Shown: positions 1 to 13,889 of the stretch, in pieces | Layout of the letters: every line of letters starts with the position of its first letter | Position numbering within the stretch: position 1 is the first letter of the stretch | Source: a virus | IMG/VR virus record: IMGVR_UViG_3300045988_164075 | Length of the DNA: 64,000 nucleotides | Strand: one strand, 5' to 3' | Position numbers and translations under genes: made by a program | The notes under the pieces: model-generated | Databases searched by the model: none | The model's input: the letters and a program-made list of their open reading frames with translations, nothing else | Told to the model about the DNA's origin: nothing

Positions 1-864
1 TAATAGTATTTCTCTAGCTTTTTCTAATACTGGTATCTTCATTCCTGTTTTTCCTACTAGCATCCTATTTGGATTTAAACCTTGAAAACGTATATAGTTT
101 TGACTAGCTAAATCACTTCCATAAGTGTTTTGTTTTCTTAATTTATTTTCAGTAGATATATCAGTAATTAATTCATTATATCTATTAGCTTGATCAATAA
201 ACCTGTTTGCTTTCCTTTTTCCAAATAAGAAACGTTTATTTCCTAAATTTTGAGCAGCATCGATATCTCCAGTAGATCCACCATATGCTCCTCGCACATC
301 ATCTATCTCCCCAGACTTATACGATTTATGTGTTTTACCTGCCATAAATCCACCGAGTGATCCAACAACAGGAATTGACATAATAGTATTGTTTAATCCT
401 GCACTACTAACTCCTGCTCTAGATGCTGCAACATTATCCATTTTGTCTAATTGTAATCCTGCAATAGAACCTATCATATTTAAACCACTATCTGCGAAAT
501 TAATAGCAGTTCCAATAGGTCCAGCTAGAGATATTAGTGATTTCATAGATGATTTCATTGCTTTTTGACTAGCATCTAGATTATCAGGAACAACACTATC
601 TAAAACTGTAGTAGCAGCAGTTAAGCCAGTTTGTAATCCATTAGACATTTTATAATCTTTGCCAGCTTTTCTTGTAATAGATAATCCTCCGATGTTTCCT
701 AAATTATTCCATTTAGAAGAATTTTCAGGAATAATTAAATTAGAAACTCCTGAAGTAATTGAAGGTAATGATTTTATAGAAGGAGTAACGGAATTAAATT
801 TTAAACTTGGAAGTTGCCCTCCTATTAAAGAAGCAATTGTATTCAATTGTTGTGCGTCATCCAT
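1..864 (-). CDS. virion-associated protein (Gly/Ser/Ala-rich), 3' end cut by window edge
   Basis: ATG at 864-862 lies one nt after the TAA (868-866) of the upstream gene. The frame stays open to position 1. It is missing from the ORF track only because no stop lies inside the window. Confidence 0.6.
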   Translation of the reverse strand, partial: MDDAQQLNTIASLIGGQLPSLKFNSVTPSIKSLPSITSGVSNLIIPENSSKWNNLGNIGGLSITRKAGKDYKMSNGLQTGLTAATTVLDSVVPDNLDASQKAMKSSMKSLISLAGPIGTAINFADSGLNMIGSIAGLQLDKMDNVAASRAGVSSAGLNNTIMSIPVVGSLGGFMAGKTHKSYKSGEIDDVRGAYGGSTGDIDAAQNLGNKRFLFGKRKANRFIDQANRYNELITDISTENKLRKQNTYGSDLASQNYIRFQGLNPNRMLVGKTGMKIPVLEKAREILL

Positions 865-865
865 T

Positions 866-3800
866 TTATGAATAACTTAAAGTCATTAAAGTTTTTAATC
901 CTGTAATAATAGCTAACTGTTTTCCTGAATATTTAACTCTTACTTTTAAAAACTTATCTCTAATTCTAGTTGATTGTATTGTATTGTTATAAATGATGTT
1001 ATTTTCATCTAACTTTCCGTTAATATATTTTGCAATACTTTCTTTATATAAAATAGGTTTAATTACAAGATGCCAAGAATCCTCTCTATATTGAATGTTA
1101 CCTTTAACTCTTCCGTATTTAATTATATTTTTAGCTTCCTGTGGAATGACTAAACTATATTGATTTAATACTGGATCTCAATCAATTTTAATATCTCATT
1201 TAGAATTTTTATGTAACTTAAAATCTTGAGAACGCTTAAATTTTGATCCTTCTTCTACATATTCTCCAACAGGACGCTGAGGATTATCGTTCCCTCAAAT
1301 ATAGCTTTTCTTTTCAGATTCATTATTTGCAAAGGTCTCAGCTTTATATATACCTGCTTTATTAAAACTATAACTATCTCCAATTATTTCAAATTCAAAG
1401 GATTCAGGCTCTGCGTTATTTGAAATAATCACAAGATTATTAAATATTTTATGTAAACCTGTTAAATTATTTACTACAAATTCAAATTCAAACGGATGCT
1501 GTTTATCATATCATTTTGTAGGTAATATCTGATTAGTGATATCCCTATCAAAATAGTTTATATCGTCAAATATACCTGCTCGACCGTGAACAAAAAATGC
1601 ATTATTTAATAATTCATTATATTTTTCTTTATCTAACGCTTTTAAATTATCGGAATCAATAGCAACTGCAATATTTTGTGTAACCGTACTACCTCAAATA
1701 TCAACTTTATTATCTTGATTTAGAGTTACTCCTGGAAACACTGTAATATTTAACAATAAATCATAATATTTAAATTCATAATCATCAAATTGTGTTCCTT
1801 GTTCTTCTTGCTTAATCTTAGTAGTAATTATTTTAGGATCTATTTCAATATAAGAAGTATTAGTCTCTGATATTAAAGGTAATACATATCCCGAATAATC
1901 TGATACATATTCTAATCCAACTATTCCACTATCTTCAACGGGCAGACTGTCATCTCATAATAATACTGGACAATTTTGAGAATCATTCGTTGAAAATGTA
2001 GAAATTGAGTTGATCCTAAATTTATACGTATTAAATAAGTTAGAATTGTATACTATTGCGGCTTTAAAATTATTAATATTATAATGCTTTGCTATCTCTT
2101 GTTCACCGCTTATAATAGGTTCTAAAGAAACATCTCATAAGTATTTTGGACTACTGAAATCATCGATTTTTAATAAATGTATTCCTATATCAGATTTACT
2201 TGCAAATACAGCACCTAAACGTTTTGCTCTTTCTCGATCTAACGAATAAAAAATATTATTAATATTTGCGGAATATAACGGGGTTCAAGTATATTCAGTT
2301 ATCCATTTATCTAGACGCTCATTATAACACAAATTCCAAGTTAAGTTACCGTTATAGAAAGTAAACATAACATCTCCTTTATACATGTTAAAGTGAGTTT
2401 TAACATTTCTAGATCCTATAACAGGGTATTTTTCTAATTCTTTTAAGTTAATATTATCATTTAAAAAACGTTGGACCTTAAAATCGGAAAGTAACTCAAG
2501 ACCTTTATTTTCACTAAAGCGCCATATTTTCTTAGCGTACGTATCTACTCCATAAATTCCTAATGGAGTTCTAACAATTGATTCTTTTCATATACTTCCA
2601 AAATCAGGAGAAATTAAAGTAATTTGATTTTGTAAGACTCCTGCTCCATACATGTGTATAGACTGTCCAGTATTTGTTGATATTAAAGCCTTTTCATTAA
2701 TTGGAATTATTCCTAATCCATGCTCAAATACACAGAAGAGATTAACACCTCAAGGTAACAATTTTACAATTGCACCATACTGTCTATCCAAATCTTTATA
2801 AGATAAACCCTGAAATATTCTATATGCATTTTGAAAACTATCTTCTACTTGTACATTACTAAACATTACTCTAGTATCAAAAAGTTCTTTAACATAAGGA
2901 ACATCTGGAACAATTTGATAACGTTTAGCACTTAAAGAAGTAGAATAACCTTCATTTAAGATAAAACTTTCAGGTACTTTACTTGTTGAAAAAACATTAT
3001 CTCCTTTTAAAGGATAAAACGATCTATTATTTCCCATTAAGGCTGCTTCTTCAGTATGTGTAGTATCCTCTGATCTTAATCCTAAATTATAATTAGATAA
3101 TACTTTAAACGTAATTCAAGAACCAATTGGAACTGTATTAACATCAGCTCTATTAATATTACTTCAGGAATCCTTATTCATACTAGTTAATCCTGAATAA
3201 TTATCTAATCATGTATTTGGATTTACAATTATTTCTGTTACAGGAGCGTCAGAATCAATAAAATTTCTTTGTAATCGTAACGTTATAGTATTAGTAAAAC
3301 AATCTCCTCTATAACCATCAATAACACTATCTGCTATAAAGGTATTTATATCGTATCTATCTGTAATTGTATAATAAGCAGATTGATCATTTGCTCTAAT
3401 TGTAAAATATTGCTTTAAAAATAATGTTGAATAATTAGAAATTCTAATATTATAAATACAGTTATCATCTAATTGTACATTTGTTGCCACAAATGGAACA
3501 TAATTACCTCTCGCTAATTTATAATTGTTTCAGTTATAACTTTTTTCAGATACAAATACAAATTGAGATACATCTTCTGCAGAACCTGCTCTAGTAGTAA
3601 ATCCCTTCTGATCTATAAATTTCAAGGGAGTATCATCAGGAACAAATAATAGTTTAGATTTAAAAATTCCACTATCTAAAGTAGCTTCTTTAAATGTTCA
3701 TTTATATCTCCTAGTAACTTGATTTACCTCTCCTGAAATAAATTTAGATAAAGTATATTCAGCTCCATTAAAAGTAGATTGTAGTGAAGGATTTACACAA

Positions 3801-5425
3801 GCATCTAAACATAATAATGCAGAAGAACCTTTATTGTTTATGTTTATAATTCTATCATTATATGATGTTGTAAGAACTGCTGAAGTTTGGCTTATGAAAC
3901 TTTCTGTTTCATAACGGCTAGTATTATCATTATATATAATCGGAACATAACTAGTAGTGTCAATTCCAATACTTAAACCTTGTGCTAATATAGTTGGGAT
4001 TCTTTTCTGTCTAACAAAGAAAAATCCTTTAACTTTATTTACTTTTAATTCAGAAACAATATCTTTACTTAATGTAAATTTAAAATATAAAGGTTTGGTT
4101 TCACCTTCAGAAAAAATACTAATATTAGGTAATTTAAAAACTCCTTTTGTATTTGATAGATTTTTTTCTTCAATAAATATATCTGCAGGTAAATAATTTA
4201 ATTTTTCACTATCTTTTATATATAGATTATTATATTTACTGTCTGAAGGTATATTCGTAGCTTCAAGTTTTGTAAATTGGCATCCTCTTAGATTATATAC
4301 AGGAGATAAAGAATCATCCTGCATAATATAAACAATGCCTAATCTGTACATCTCATCAGGTCAATATCCTAAATAGAAGTATGTATTTAAAGGATTATAG
4401 TATTCTGTTTGTTCAACACTATCGTTTTGTTGAATTTTATAATCACTGTCTAAATATCCAATCGTTTCATTTTTTTGTGTACAACGTACATCAATATAAT
4501 ACGATATTGTTTGTAAATCTCTATGATTTAATAAAATTCCTTGAGTATTTCCAAAAAATAACATATTTTGGACTTGAGCTTGAGTCTTAACTGCTGTAAC
4601 TAAATTATATTTAATATTTAATTGCTCCTCATCAATTTCTTTTACTTCCTCAAATCCATTTAAAGAAATTGTTATGGTGTTTTCAAGTATATCATAAGGT
4701 TTTATAACTTCATAACTTTTAGAATATTTAATTCCATTTAAATCACTTGAAGTTCTAGTATAATACAAATATACTCTAGAAAAAGTTGTATCAATATTAC
4801 TTAATTTTAATTCAATTGATTTATCTGTTAACTCTTCTAACAAAGCACCATATATTGTCGTAACATCACTAATTGTACCATGATATATAGATACTGTTCC
4901 AGATTCAGCTACAATATCTGTTTTATTGTAATCATTATCTGCTAATTTAATATAAAAAGTATAATTTCCTCCTTTTAATTGTCCATAATTACTAACCTCT
5001 ACTAACTGAATAACTGGTATACTATTTACATTTCTAAATAAACGTGTATCGCGATCAACGTTATTTTTATCGTATAAATTAGTTTGAGTAACTTGATTAC
5101 GACTTATTATTTTATATTTATTGTCTTCTGTAACACTGAAACGAGAATTAATAATTCTTGGAGGATTCTTATCATCATTTATTATTAAATTTACTGTTCC
5201 GTCATAGGAAGGTTGGCATTCTATATCAACAGGATTATTTAAATCTATACCTAATTCTGTACTTGGTACTTCAAAATCTTTAATCTGATCAGAATAACTT
5301 ATATCACTTTCTTGATATTTTACAGTTTCATCAGTACGATCGATAATATTATGTAATGGTTGATACTCATGTGCTAAATCTCCTTCTTGATTAAATTTAA
5401 TACACTGTATACCTATTTTTGTCAT
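866..5425 (-). CDS. very large virion/tail protein, 1519 aa if TGA is read as Trp
   Basis: ORF-track fragments 4361-5425, 3698-4351, 3209-3490 and 2750-3037 share one frame, and each ends in TGA (plus-strand tca at 4361, 3698, 3209, 2750). Spot translations at 1130-1260 and 2700-2750 stay protein-like (KWDIKIDWDP). First TAA in frame is at 866-868. Confidence 0.65.
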
Positions 5426-5426
5426 A

Positions 5427-8400
5427 TTATTTTTTAATTAGTTTAGGAATAATTGGACACGTACTAGTATTTGAATATACTCTTCAACAATTTCTGGTTC
5501 CATTATTGTAAAATCAAGTTTCAGCTAATTCTCCATTATAATCACAATATATAACATCATTATTTTTATCTCATTTTAGCATACTGACTAATCTATTTAT
5601 AGAACTATTATTTACATTTACATAATCATCTCCAATTCACTTAATAGTATTTCAATTTTCAGAAGATGCATTTTTTAAAATATCAGAATAGTCATTTTCA
5701 TGATTTTTTATATATTCGCTTATAGTGTTTTCGTTATCCGATATTCACTCGTTATATTTTGTTTGTATTTTTGAATCAATATTCCAATCTAATGTAATAG
5801 TATCTGGAACTTTCACAGTATATAAACTTTCAATGTTAATTATAGATTCATTTAATTTTCTTAAATTATTTGATTCAACTCCAAATTTACTTAATAAATC
5901 GCTTAAATTACTCGTATCGTTAATTAAATCATACGAACTATCTCCAAATTTATATAAGATTTTATTATATTTATGTGATACATTTAGAGACTTTCAAACA
6001 AATTGCCAATCGCCAGGTTCTACTAAATCACTTTTAACATTTACGTTTGCATAAGTTGTAGTCCCACCTTCTTTAATTAAGATTAGATATTTTCCTAATA
6101 ACTGTACTACTTTATTAATTTCAGTTAATTGTTCTTCTACAGTTCCATTAATATTAAAATTTCAATCATATTGCTTATCAGCTATTTCACACGGAATAAA
6201 TACAAAGGTATTTTGATTACCTTGTTTAGTTCTAACAAGAATAGCGTACCCTCCAGTATATGGTATATTATTATATATTGGATTATATCGCATATTAAAC
6301 TTCATAGGATAAACAGCTTCTATATAAACTACAAATATACAATACTTTTTTCCAATTGTATCACTATTTATTAACATATCTCAATCTTCCGATGCTTTAG
6401 TTCACGTCTCAGCTATGTTTTCTACACTTTCTTTAGTTTCACCAGAACTTACATTTCATCCAGGAGGATTGATTCATGTTTTATCACTATTATATTTCTT
6501 TATTCTATTTAATGAACAACCAATTGTGTCTCCTGTTCCATAAAGTTTTATTCCTAAATCAGAACTAGCTAATTTTTGATCACTACTATTTTCAAATACA
6601 TAATTTCCTGACATATAATGTATTAATGGAACTTCTATTTTTTGTATTATTGGTTCTGATTGATTAATAGCTTCAAAGGTGCACGTTTGAATTTGCGTTC
6701 TACTAAATATTGTTTTATAGGTAAGATTTTCATCAATATTAAAAGTTCTTGATGGATCAGGATAATTTGCAGTTTTATTGTTTACAACAAGATCTGTTAT
6801 TGCTCCAGAACTTTCATTATATTTATATGATAATGTTCTAGAAACTTCAATATTCTTAAATAATCTGCCTCTATTATAATTTGGCAAAAACTTTTCAAAA
6901 TTATCAAGAGTAGCAGTATAGTCACAACTTAATGTTATAGAAGCTGTAAAGTTTTTAATATATGAACTAGAGATATAAGTTGAATATTCTGGAGCAAGAG
7001 TATTTGGAAATTTTGTAGAATCTAGCTGTGTTATCGGATCAAGTTGAAGATTGGTAATCTCAGTCTTAGAAACATTATAACCTGATCCATATGTAGCTAA
7101 ATTTGAAATTCATTCATTTAAATAAATTTCATTAAAATCATCTCTTGTTGAGTAGAACGTATTTAATAACCTTGAAGTTATTAATAGTTTTGATTCAGAA
7201 ATAATTTCTTCACTTGTGTCTTTATTATATAAATATATTGTGAAAGTATATATGTCATTTTCAACGAACTTACTATTCCATTCTATACTAAGCGTATTTT
7301 GTCCATATAGATTTATATCAATAATTTCTTGTTTTTCTTGTTTTTCTTGTTTTTCTTCAAAAACTGAAACTAACTCGCCATCATCGCTAAGTTTTTTAAT
7401 ATCATATTTAGCTATAATGTTACTATTAGAATTAAAAGGTCCAGAAATAAAATAATTTAAAGTAATTCCGTTATCATTAATTAAATATTTATATATGCTT
7501 AATAATGATATTGTATCTTTATTAAAGATATCTTCAGAAGATATATCTATCTTAGTTGTAAATTGATCATAAATAATCTCTTTAAGTTCTATTTCTTCGT
7601 TGACATCTTTATATGGTATATTTGTAACTACAGGAGTTACATATAGAGAAGTTTTTATAATCTCCGCATTTTGTTTAGTTTGTACATTTTTTGTAACAGT
7701 TAAATCTAATTTAATAGTTTTAACTTTTGTTTGAATTTCTGGATATTCTAATGTTGAGTGATTAATATCTGTACTTAAAAGTGCACCATATGTTTTTTCA
7801 GGATCTTCTTGAGTATTATCTTTATGTGTAATATTTTCTGAACCGTATGATATAACTTGACCTGTTGTTTTATAGGCAACCTCATCACCATCATAGAGAA
7901 TTCTGAAATTTATATTCTTTAAAAGGTCTGTAGTATATAAATAGTCATCAGTTCAAACTTCTAAAGTTAATGTACATGTTAATGTTTTTCCTCCAAATTG
8001 ATTATATTTTAAATTTGTTATATAAAAGCTCAATTTAGAGATATTTAATACTCTAGATTTGCAACAAATTCATCCAGGAGTAGTTCAATTAACAACGTTT
8101 CATAATTTTGTATCTGTTGTTGAAATTTTACCTGTTGTAATATCGCTTAAGGATATAGTAATTGGTATAAACTTAGATTCTTCAGTAAAAACGTAATGAG
8201 ATAATTCATATCAATTATTATTCCCAATTAATTGTGCAATATTTTCATTATATAAATGAAATAAATCACCTGAGTATAATTTATAATTGTCATCATTACT
8301 ATATATCCAGGTTTTTAAAGATTTTTCAAATTCTGTATATAATTTATAATTGTATTCAAATGTTGGAAGTATCTCAATATTAGTTTCTTTTCCATCAGAA

Positions 8401-8714
8401 TCATTTTCAGATATAAATATACGTTGAGGAGACGGATATGATCCGATTTGACATAAATCTTTGATAGGATTATAGGAAATAATATATATTATATTTCCAT
8501 ATTCTCTTATTCCAACAGGAATAAAATCAGATCCTAAACTAGCTAATGGGAGTTTATAATTACCCATATCGTTTTGAAGAACAAACTCGTTTCCATTATA
8601 TGTGATTAAAGTTCCATTAATACAATCAGTTAATACTGTATTTGGAGTAGTTAATGGATTCATATCTTTAATCATTCCATCATTAAAAGTATTTGTAGCT
8701 TCTTGTCTAGACAT
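5427..8714 (-). CDS. large tail-associated structural protein, 1095 aa with TGA read through
   Basis: Fragments 8211-8714, 6474-6887 and 6162-6377 are in one frame, each ending in TGA (8211, 6474, 6162). TAA at 5427-5429 sits just before the next ATG (5425). Function is guessed from size and position in the crAss-like tail module. Confidence 0.6.
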
Positions 8715-8725
8715 AATCTATTCTA

Positions 8726-9268
8726 TTATATTTGTTCAAAACCATCTTTTGTTCTTCTATAAATATATTTAATATTTCTAGTTTCATAATTTTTTTGATA
8801 TAAGGTTCATCCTACATCTGTAGGAAAGTATAGCACAAAGAAGTGTTTTCTTCCTCTATCTAACATACACTCTTCTAAGATTTTGTAGGCATATATATAA
8901 TCGAACTTAACTCTTTGTCTTCTTCTTCCGCGAGACTTAAACTGAGCTTTATAATTCTCAAATTCTTTATCAGTTAGTCCGAAATAGTATTCTCCATTAA
9001 ATATTTTTTTAGCTCTTTTATACTTAATACGTAGCTTAATTTTATTCTTAATTCTTCAATAATGATAAAATATTAAATTATCTCTAAAGAATTTACCACA
9101 GTAAAGAGTAAAATAGGGGGATTTGAGTAACACATCTCCCCCATATACGTTATGTGTATAAAAAGATCTTAATCCAAATTTTAAAATATATTCGATTTCC
9201 TTTCTAGTTAATGAAGGGAATTTTTCTCATACTTTATCTACATAATCATCAACATATTTGATTTCCAT
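8726..9268 (-). CDS. hypothetical protein, 180 aa (contains in-frame TGA)
   Basis: ATG 9268-9266 overlaps the TAA of the upstream gene (TAATG coupling). Hand translation MEIKYVDDYVDKVWEKF... stays open to TAA 8726-8728. Confidence 0.55.
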
Positions 9269-9708
9269 TAGTAATACTGTTTACCTTTATTAATATTATC
9301 AATAAATATTTTCTTTAAGGCAGAATTTATATAAATTGGTTTTTCTCTATATCCGCCTTTATATTGATATCGATAGTAAATTTGATATCCTTTAAAATTA
9401 GACATCAAATAATCAATATCATTAAATTTCCCCATATTGTACATATGTCTAAACGTTTCTCCCGTAAATTGCTTTACGTGTATCATTGCTTCTTTATGTA
9501 CAGTTGGTAATACAAATGTAATATTATTATTAATAATATCCAAAATAATCAAATAGAAACAGTATGTTAAAACCTTAGCAACTAAGTCTAGTTTGCTATC
9601 ACCTTTACAATCTTTACCTCAAAATTTCTTTTTAGTAGTTAATCTAGAAATATTAAAATTATCAAATAAATCTTTTGAAGTAAAGCAGTATCCTGTTTTG
9701 TAAAACAT
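9268..9708 (-). CDS. hypothetical protein, 146 aa (one in-frame TGA)
   Basis: ORF 9268-9552 extends upstream through a TGA to ATG 9708 (MFYKTGYCFTSKDLF...). Ends in TAA. Confidence 0.55.
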
Positions 9709-9711
9709 TGA

Positions 9712-10401
9712 TTATAATATTGGTTTGAAAGACTTCATATAACTTTTTCGATCTCATCTAGTTTTAACATCTAATATAGCATCCATATCGTTTTGCGTAA
9801 ATTTAATAGGGATTCTTGCTGCACTACATGCTCGAAGTCATTCTCTTCTCGTTAATTCAGATAATTCAATTAAATTTTTATCTCTTAATGCAATACCTTG
9901 TTTATATAAATCACAATATCCAATATATGCAGCTAACGCAGTTACTTCTTTATCGTTTAGTAATGGTAGTCCTTCGTCATCCACTATTATACCATGATAT
10001 ATAATTATAACTCCTTTATAATCTCTATCAAATCTTAAAGAATTATCTTCTTGATGGTATTTAACTAATTTTCCAGGATGATAATAAGGATTATTTAAGC
10101 ATTTTCAAGCTTCAACATAATTTTCAATAAATAATGTTGTGATTTGATTAAATACTGTTTGATTAGTTGTCATTTGTGCATCTAACAATGGTAGATGAAC
10201 TGATTCAATTATATCGCAATTACAAGGTAATTCTATTTTTTTATCAATAGCATCTGCTTTATAACGGTATAAACGAGTGTGTTTATTTCCAATTTTTTCT
10301 CAACCATTTAAAGCTATATCTTCAAAAGCAGTTGGAGTTAAATTTGTTCCATATAAAGTTTGAGCTAAAGAATAAACTGAATTAAAATTATGTAGTTTCA
10401 T
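9712..10401 (-). CDS. hypothetical structural-module protein, 229 aa (several in-frame TGA)
   Basis: ATG 10401 overlaps the TAA of the upstream gene. Hand translation MKLHNFNSVYSLAQTLYGTNLTPTAFEDIALNGWEKIG... runs to TAA 9712-9714. Confidence 0.6.
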
Positions 10402-11066
10402 TATTTAGGTTCTTGAGTATTTGGAGTTACAGGAGTTAAGAAAGCTTTATAATATCTTAATTTCTTTTCAGTAAGACGTTTTTTAACTTCATTAGAAATA
10501 GAAGATAGATTTAAATAATGTTCTGAATTACAACAACTGTATTGTTCAAGTTGCCTAGGGTCTTTAAATATACCTATAACAGAAATATATTTAACAAAAG
10601 GTACATTAAAAATAAATCCATCATACATCCCATTTTCATTAGGAGTTGTTTCTATATAAACATAAGGCTCATCTGCTCCACGTTTCTTATATTTATGAAA
10701 CTGATAAGATGTATCGGTATATATTACATATTGCTTTTGTCTATCGATACTTCCTACAAATTCAAGAGCTTTTGTTCCTAAATCATTAACGATTTGAGGA
10801 ATTTCAAAGTGTAATGCTTTTTCTCCTGCTGAAAAATTACAACATCTGGCTAAATCTTTACAGTCTACCTCAATACAGTTAATTGCTAGCATCATATCTT
10901 TTAAAGAAATTAAGTTTCTTAGATATAATTCTTTAATTACAACTAAACGTTCTTCAATTACTTCATCTTCTAATTGTTCGATAGACATTGTTGGGGTTGA
11001 AGTAATTCCTCTTAAACCTGAAACGACATCATTATATATTGCACTAGCAATTTCATTTATTGTCAT
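10401..11066 (-). CDS. hypothetical structural-module protein, 221 aa
   Basis: Intact standard-code ORF with a TAA stop, tightly packed in the operon. Confidence 0.7.
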   Translation of the reverse strand: MTINEIASAIYNDVVSGLRGITSTPTMSIEQLEDEVIEERLVVIKELYLRNLISLKDMMLAINCIEVDCKDLARCCNFSAGEKALHFEIPQIVNDLGTKALEFVGSIDRQKQYVIYTDTSYQFHKYKKRGADEPYVYIETTPNENGMYDGFIFNVPFVKYISVIGIFKDPRQLEQYSCCNSEHYLNLSSISNEVKKRLTEKKLRYYKAFLTPVTPNTQEPK

Positions 11067-11087
11067 GTTATAATAATATTAAAAAAT

Positions 11088-11123
11088 AAAGGCAAGACAG
11101 GAAAGAATCCCGTCCTGCCTTTA
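11088..11123 (-). terminator. hairpin downstream of 11148-12287
   Basis: Arms aaaggcaagacagg / ccgtcctgccttt. The two mismatches become G-U pairs only in the minus-strand RNA, which supports the orientation. Confidence 0.55.
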
Positions 11124-11147
11124 AAATAAGTGCATTTATTTTGAAAC

Positions 11148-12287
11148 TTATTCTCCTGTAAGAGTAATAGTTTTGGTTGCTTCTGTAAATCCAGTTGCAG
11201 TAGCTTTAACTTTAACACTGCTTCCTGTAGCTGAAGATTTAACTTCTAACTGATCGCCAGTTAGTACAAGATTTCCACTGTCATTACCGTCAGGTAGAGA
11301 CCATGTAATATCTACGGGAGCAACTTCTCCTCCCTCTACGTTATATGCATTAGCCATCAGAGTAACCGTACTACCTTTAGCAATGCTATCGTTTCCTATG
11401 ATTTCTATAATTTTTTCTTTTGCCATAACATCCTCTCCAAATGCAGTTTTAAGTTTAGCTTCAAATGTTGCTTCTAATGTACTAGGAATATAGAATACAT
11501 GATTAGTAATTGAAACTAATCTTTGTCCTACTGAACCAATACCGCTCAAATTCTTTCTTTCAGCGATATAACGGAAAGAATATTGTGTATAAAGTTGTCC
11601 AGGAACAGGCTTTTCGTCTCCGTTGATAGAATTGTATCGAGTATTTGGATAGCTTGGGAAACGAAGATTTTCAATTAACCAGTCACCAGTTGCAAATGGT
11701 ACTTCATTGTCAGTTTTTGCTATAGTACCAACTACAGTCGATACTACATATTGACCTTCTGATGGAAGTACAGAATTTGGTTCATATTTTTCAATTACAA
11801 CTGATTCAAACATATCAGTAGCATCAGTTGCTGTAATAATTACATCATCGTCATCTACAGTAACTGTAATGTACTTATTATTTTCAGGAAGTGCTAATTT
11901 AATTGCGTTAGCAATTTTTGTAGCCATTAAAGCTGCCGTATTGTCGGTGCTATCTCCAACTACTGTAAATTCAGCATAAATAGGCTTTTGAAACTTCCAA
12001 ACTGCAGTTGCGTAATCGGCATAAAATTTAGAATTATTTTTCATATTAACCGTAACGCGATATTTACCTCCATTTGAACCAGAATTACCAGCTACTGCAG
12101 TAATTGTTGCAGTGGCTTTCGTACCTTCTGTACCTTTAGCTTTATAAACTTTTCCATCAGCAATATTTGTACTCTTGTAGTCTACTTTATATTCACCAAC
12201 ACGGAAAATTCTTAGTAAACCAGTAATTGCTTGTACATTTTTGTCTGTTACGCTATTTAAAATAGTCTCTTTTGTGTAATCAAACAT
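11148..12287 (-). CDS. capsid decoration / head-fibre-like protein with C-terminal Ig-like (Big_2-type) domain, 379 aa
   Basis: Intact ORF with no TGA. The C-terminal ~90 aa (IIGNDSIAKGSTVTLMANAY...VKVKATATGFTEATKTITLTGE) looks like a bacterial Ig-like group 2 domain. Lies just downstream of the MCP region and has its own terminator. Confidence 0.6.
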   Translation of the reverse strand: MFDYTKETILNSVTDKNVQAITGLLRIFRVGEYKVDYKSTNIADGKVYKAKGTEGTKATATITAVAGNSGSNGGKYRVTVNMKNNSKFYADYATAVWKFQKPIYAEFTVVGDSTDNTAALMATKIANAIKLALPENNKYITVTVDDDDVIITATDATDMFESVVIEKYEPNSVLPSEGQYVVSTVVGTIAKTDNEVPFATGDWLIENLRFPSYPNTRYNSINGDEKPVPGQLYTQYSFRYIAERKNLSGIGSVGQRLVSITNHVFYIPSTLEATFEAKLKTAFGEDVMAKEKIIEIIGNDSIAKGSTVTLMANAYNVEGGEVAPVDITWSLPDGNDSGNLVLTGDQLEVKSSATGSSVKVKATATGFTEATKTITLTGE

Positions 12288-12311
12288 AGTTTTAAAAATT
12301 TAAAATGTTAT

Positions 12312-13043
12312 TTACTTAGTTATTGGAACTCCCGTTGCTATTGTTTGATTAATTGGTAAATTAGTTTGTAACCTAGGATCACTAGCGTTTTCTAAAACTA
12401 ACTTCACTGTATCATTAATAATTTCATAGCAAACGTATTCTGGGAATTCTAATTCAGCAGATTCGCTTATACCTTCTATTTCAGTATAAGATAAAGTTAT
12501 ATTTTCAGGTTTTTTAATATAATCTATATGTACATTATTTGGTTCATAATAATCAACTTTATCTCCACATAATATTTCAATAGAAGAATTAGAGTTATTA
12601 GAAAAATTATTAATATAATAATATGGACGTTTAATAGTTGGCTTCATATAAGCATTATTAATAATTTGTCCTAACATATCTGCTGTAGCTCTACGCGCAC
12701 CATAATAAATCGATGTACCTTTTGTAGTACATGGTTTTGTACCTTGTGATTCATATTCTACAACACAATTTAATAAATGTAAATAATTATCAGGAAGATT
12801 TCCTACATAACGTTTACTAAAATTACTTACTGTATTTAGTTGTAATTCAATACTAATATGTCTTGTCAAGACTTTTAAATCATCTGTACTTTGTTGATTA
12901 ATATCATAGTGGTTGTAAACTTTATTTATATATTGTTGGACGGCTTTTTTTACAAAGTAATTATAATCCTCCAACAATAAGCTTGGAGCGCCTAATTTGT
13001 TTATCTCTATAAGCACAGATTCATATACTTGTTTAGCCGTCAT
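12312..13043 (-). CDS. hypothetical head-module protein, 243 aa
   Basis: Intact ORF, TAA stop, no TGA. Confidence 0.7.
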   Translation of the reverse strand: MTAKQVYESVLIEINKLGAPSLLLEDYNYFVKKAVQQYINKVYNHYDINQQSTDDLKVLTRHISIELQLNTVSNFSKRYVGNLPDNYLHLLNCVVEYESQGTKPCTTKGTSIYYGARRATADMLGQIINNAYMKPTIKRPYYYINNFSNNSNSSIEILCGDKVDYYEPNNVHIDYIKKPENITLSYTEIEGISESAELEFPEYVCYEIINDTVKLVLENASDPRLQTNLPINQTIATGVPITK

Positions 13044-13073
13044 ATAATTTTCTATTTTTTAGAACTACTAGGT

Positions 13074-13889
13074 TTATTTAGCAGTTTCTGAGTTATTAAT
13101 TAGTGGTTTATATTCAGGGAATGTTTGAATCTTAATCTCATCTAGTATTTGCTTATTAGCAGGATCTTTAAAGAAGAAGATAACGGCTTCATCATTTACG
13201 CCTAAGCGAACATCTCCATACATAAATATACCACTTACTTTCTTAATTATGTTTTTATCAGTAGCTTCAATGAATAATAAACGTAATTGCTGATCCTGTC
13301 CTGTATACAAATCGATAATTAAGTTAGGATTAGCTTCTGCTTTCTGATATAAGAAATCCTGAATATCTGAATCAGGAGCGTTATACATACGTTTACCTAA
13401 AAGCTTAACTTTAGTTGCGCGACCTTCCGCAGAGTCTTGCTCGATAAAATTATTAGCTTTTGTAATAAGCTGAATTCTTTTAATGCGTCGTGCAGATTCT
13501 TCTCCAGGTTTTTCTACTCAAAATTCTGCTCGACCATAGCGATTTTTATCTCCATCTATAACTAGATTTCCTTTTTCATCTCTAGCGCCTCTCTCTTCAA
13601 CAATTAACTCACTATTTTTAATAGCTTCCCATTTGTGCCTTTCTAGAATATTATCAAGGTTAAATGTAGTTCCATCTTCAACTAAAATTTCCATATCAGC
13701 GGGTATAAAACCAGCACGTTCTGGATCATTAAGGTCTTTTTCACTAAGAATCATTTCAGATTCTCCGTTAGAATTCATACGAACCTCTTTTACAAATGGA
13801 GGATACATTCCATTCTTATCTTTTACTGGATTGAACCATACAGATTTCACCTTACCAAAAGCACTTCTTAGAGTTATTGTATTTGCCAT
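13074..13889 (-). CDS. hypothetical head-module protein, 271 aa
   Basis: ORFs 13518-13889 and 13074-13388 share a frame and are joined through the TGA at 13518-13520 (...RYGRAEF-W-VEKPGEE...). Confidence 0.65.

Noticed and set aside
7326-7352. A 9-nt tandem repeat (ttcttgttt, three copies).
   Set aside because: It is in frame within the 1095-aa gene, encoding (EKQ)3. It is a short coding microsatellite rather than a regulatory element.
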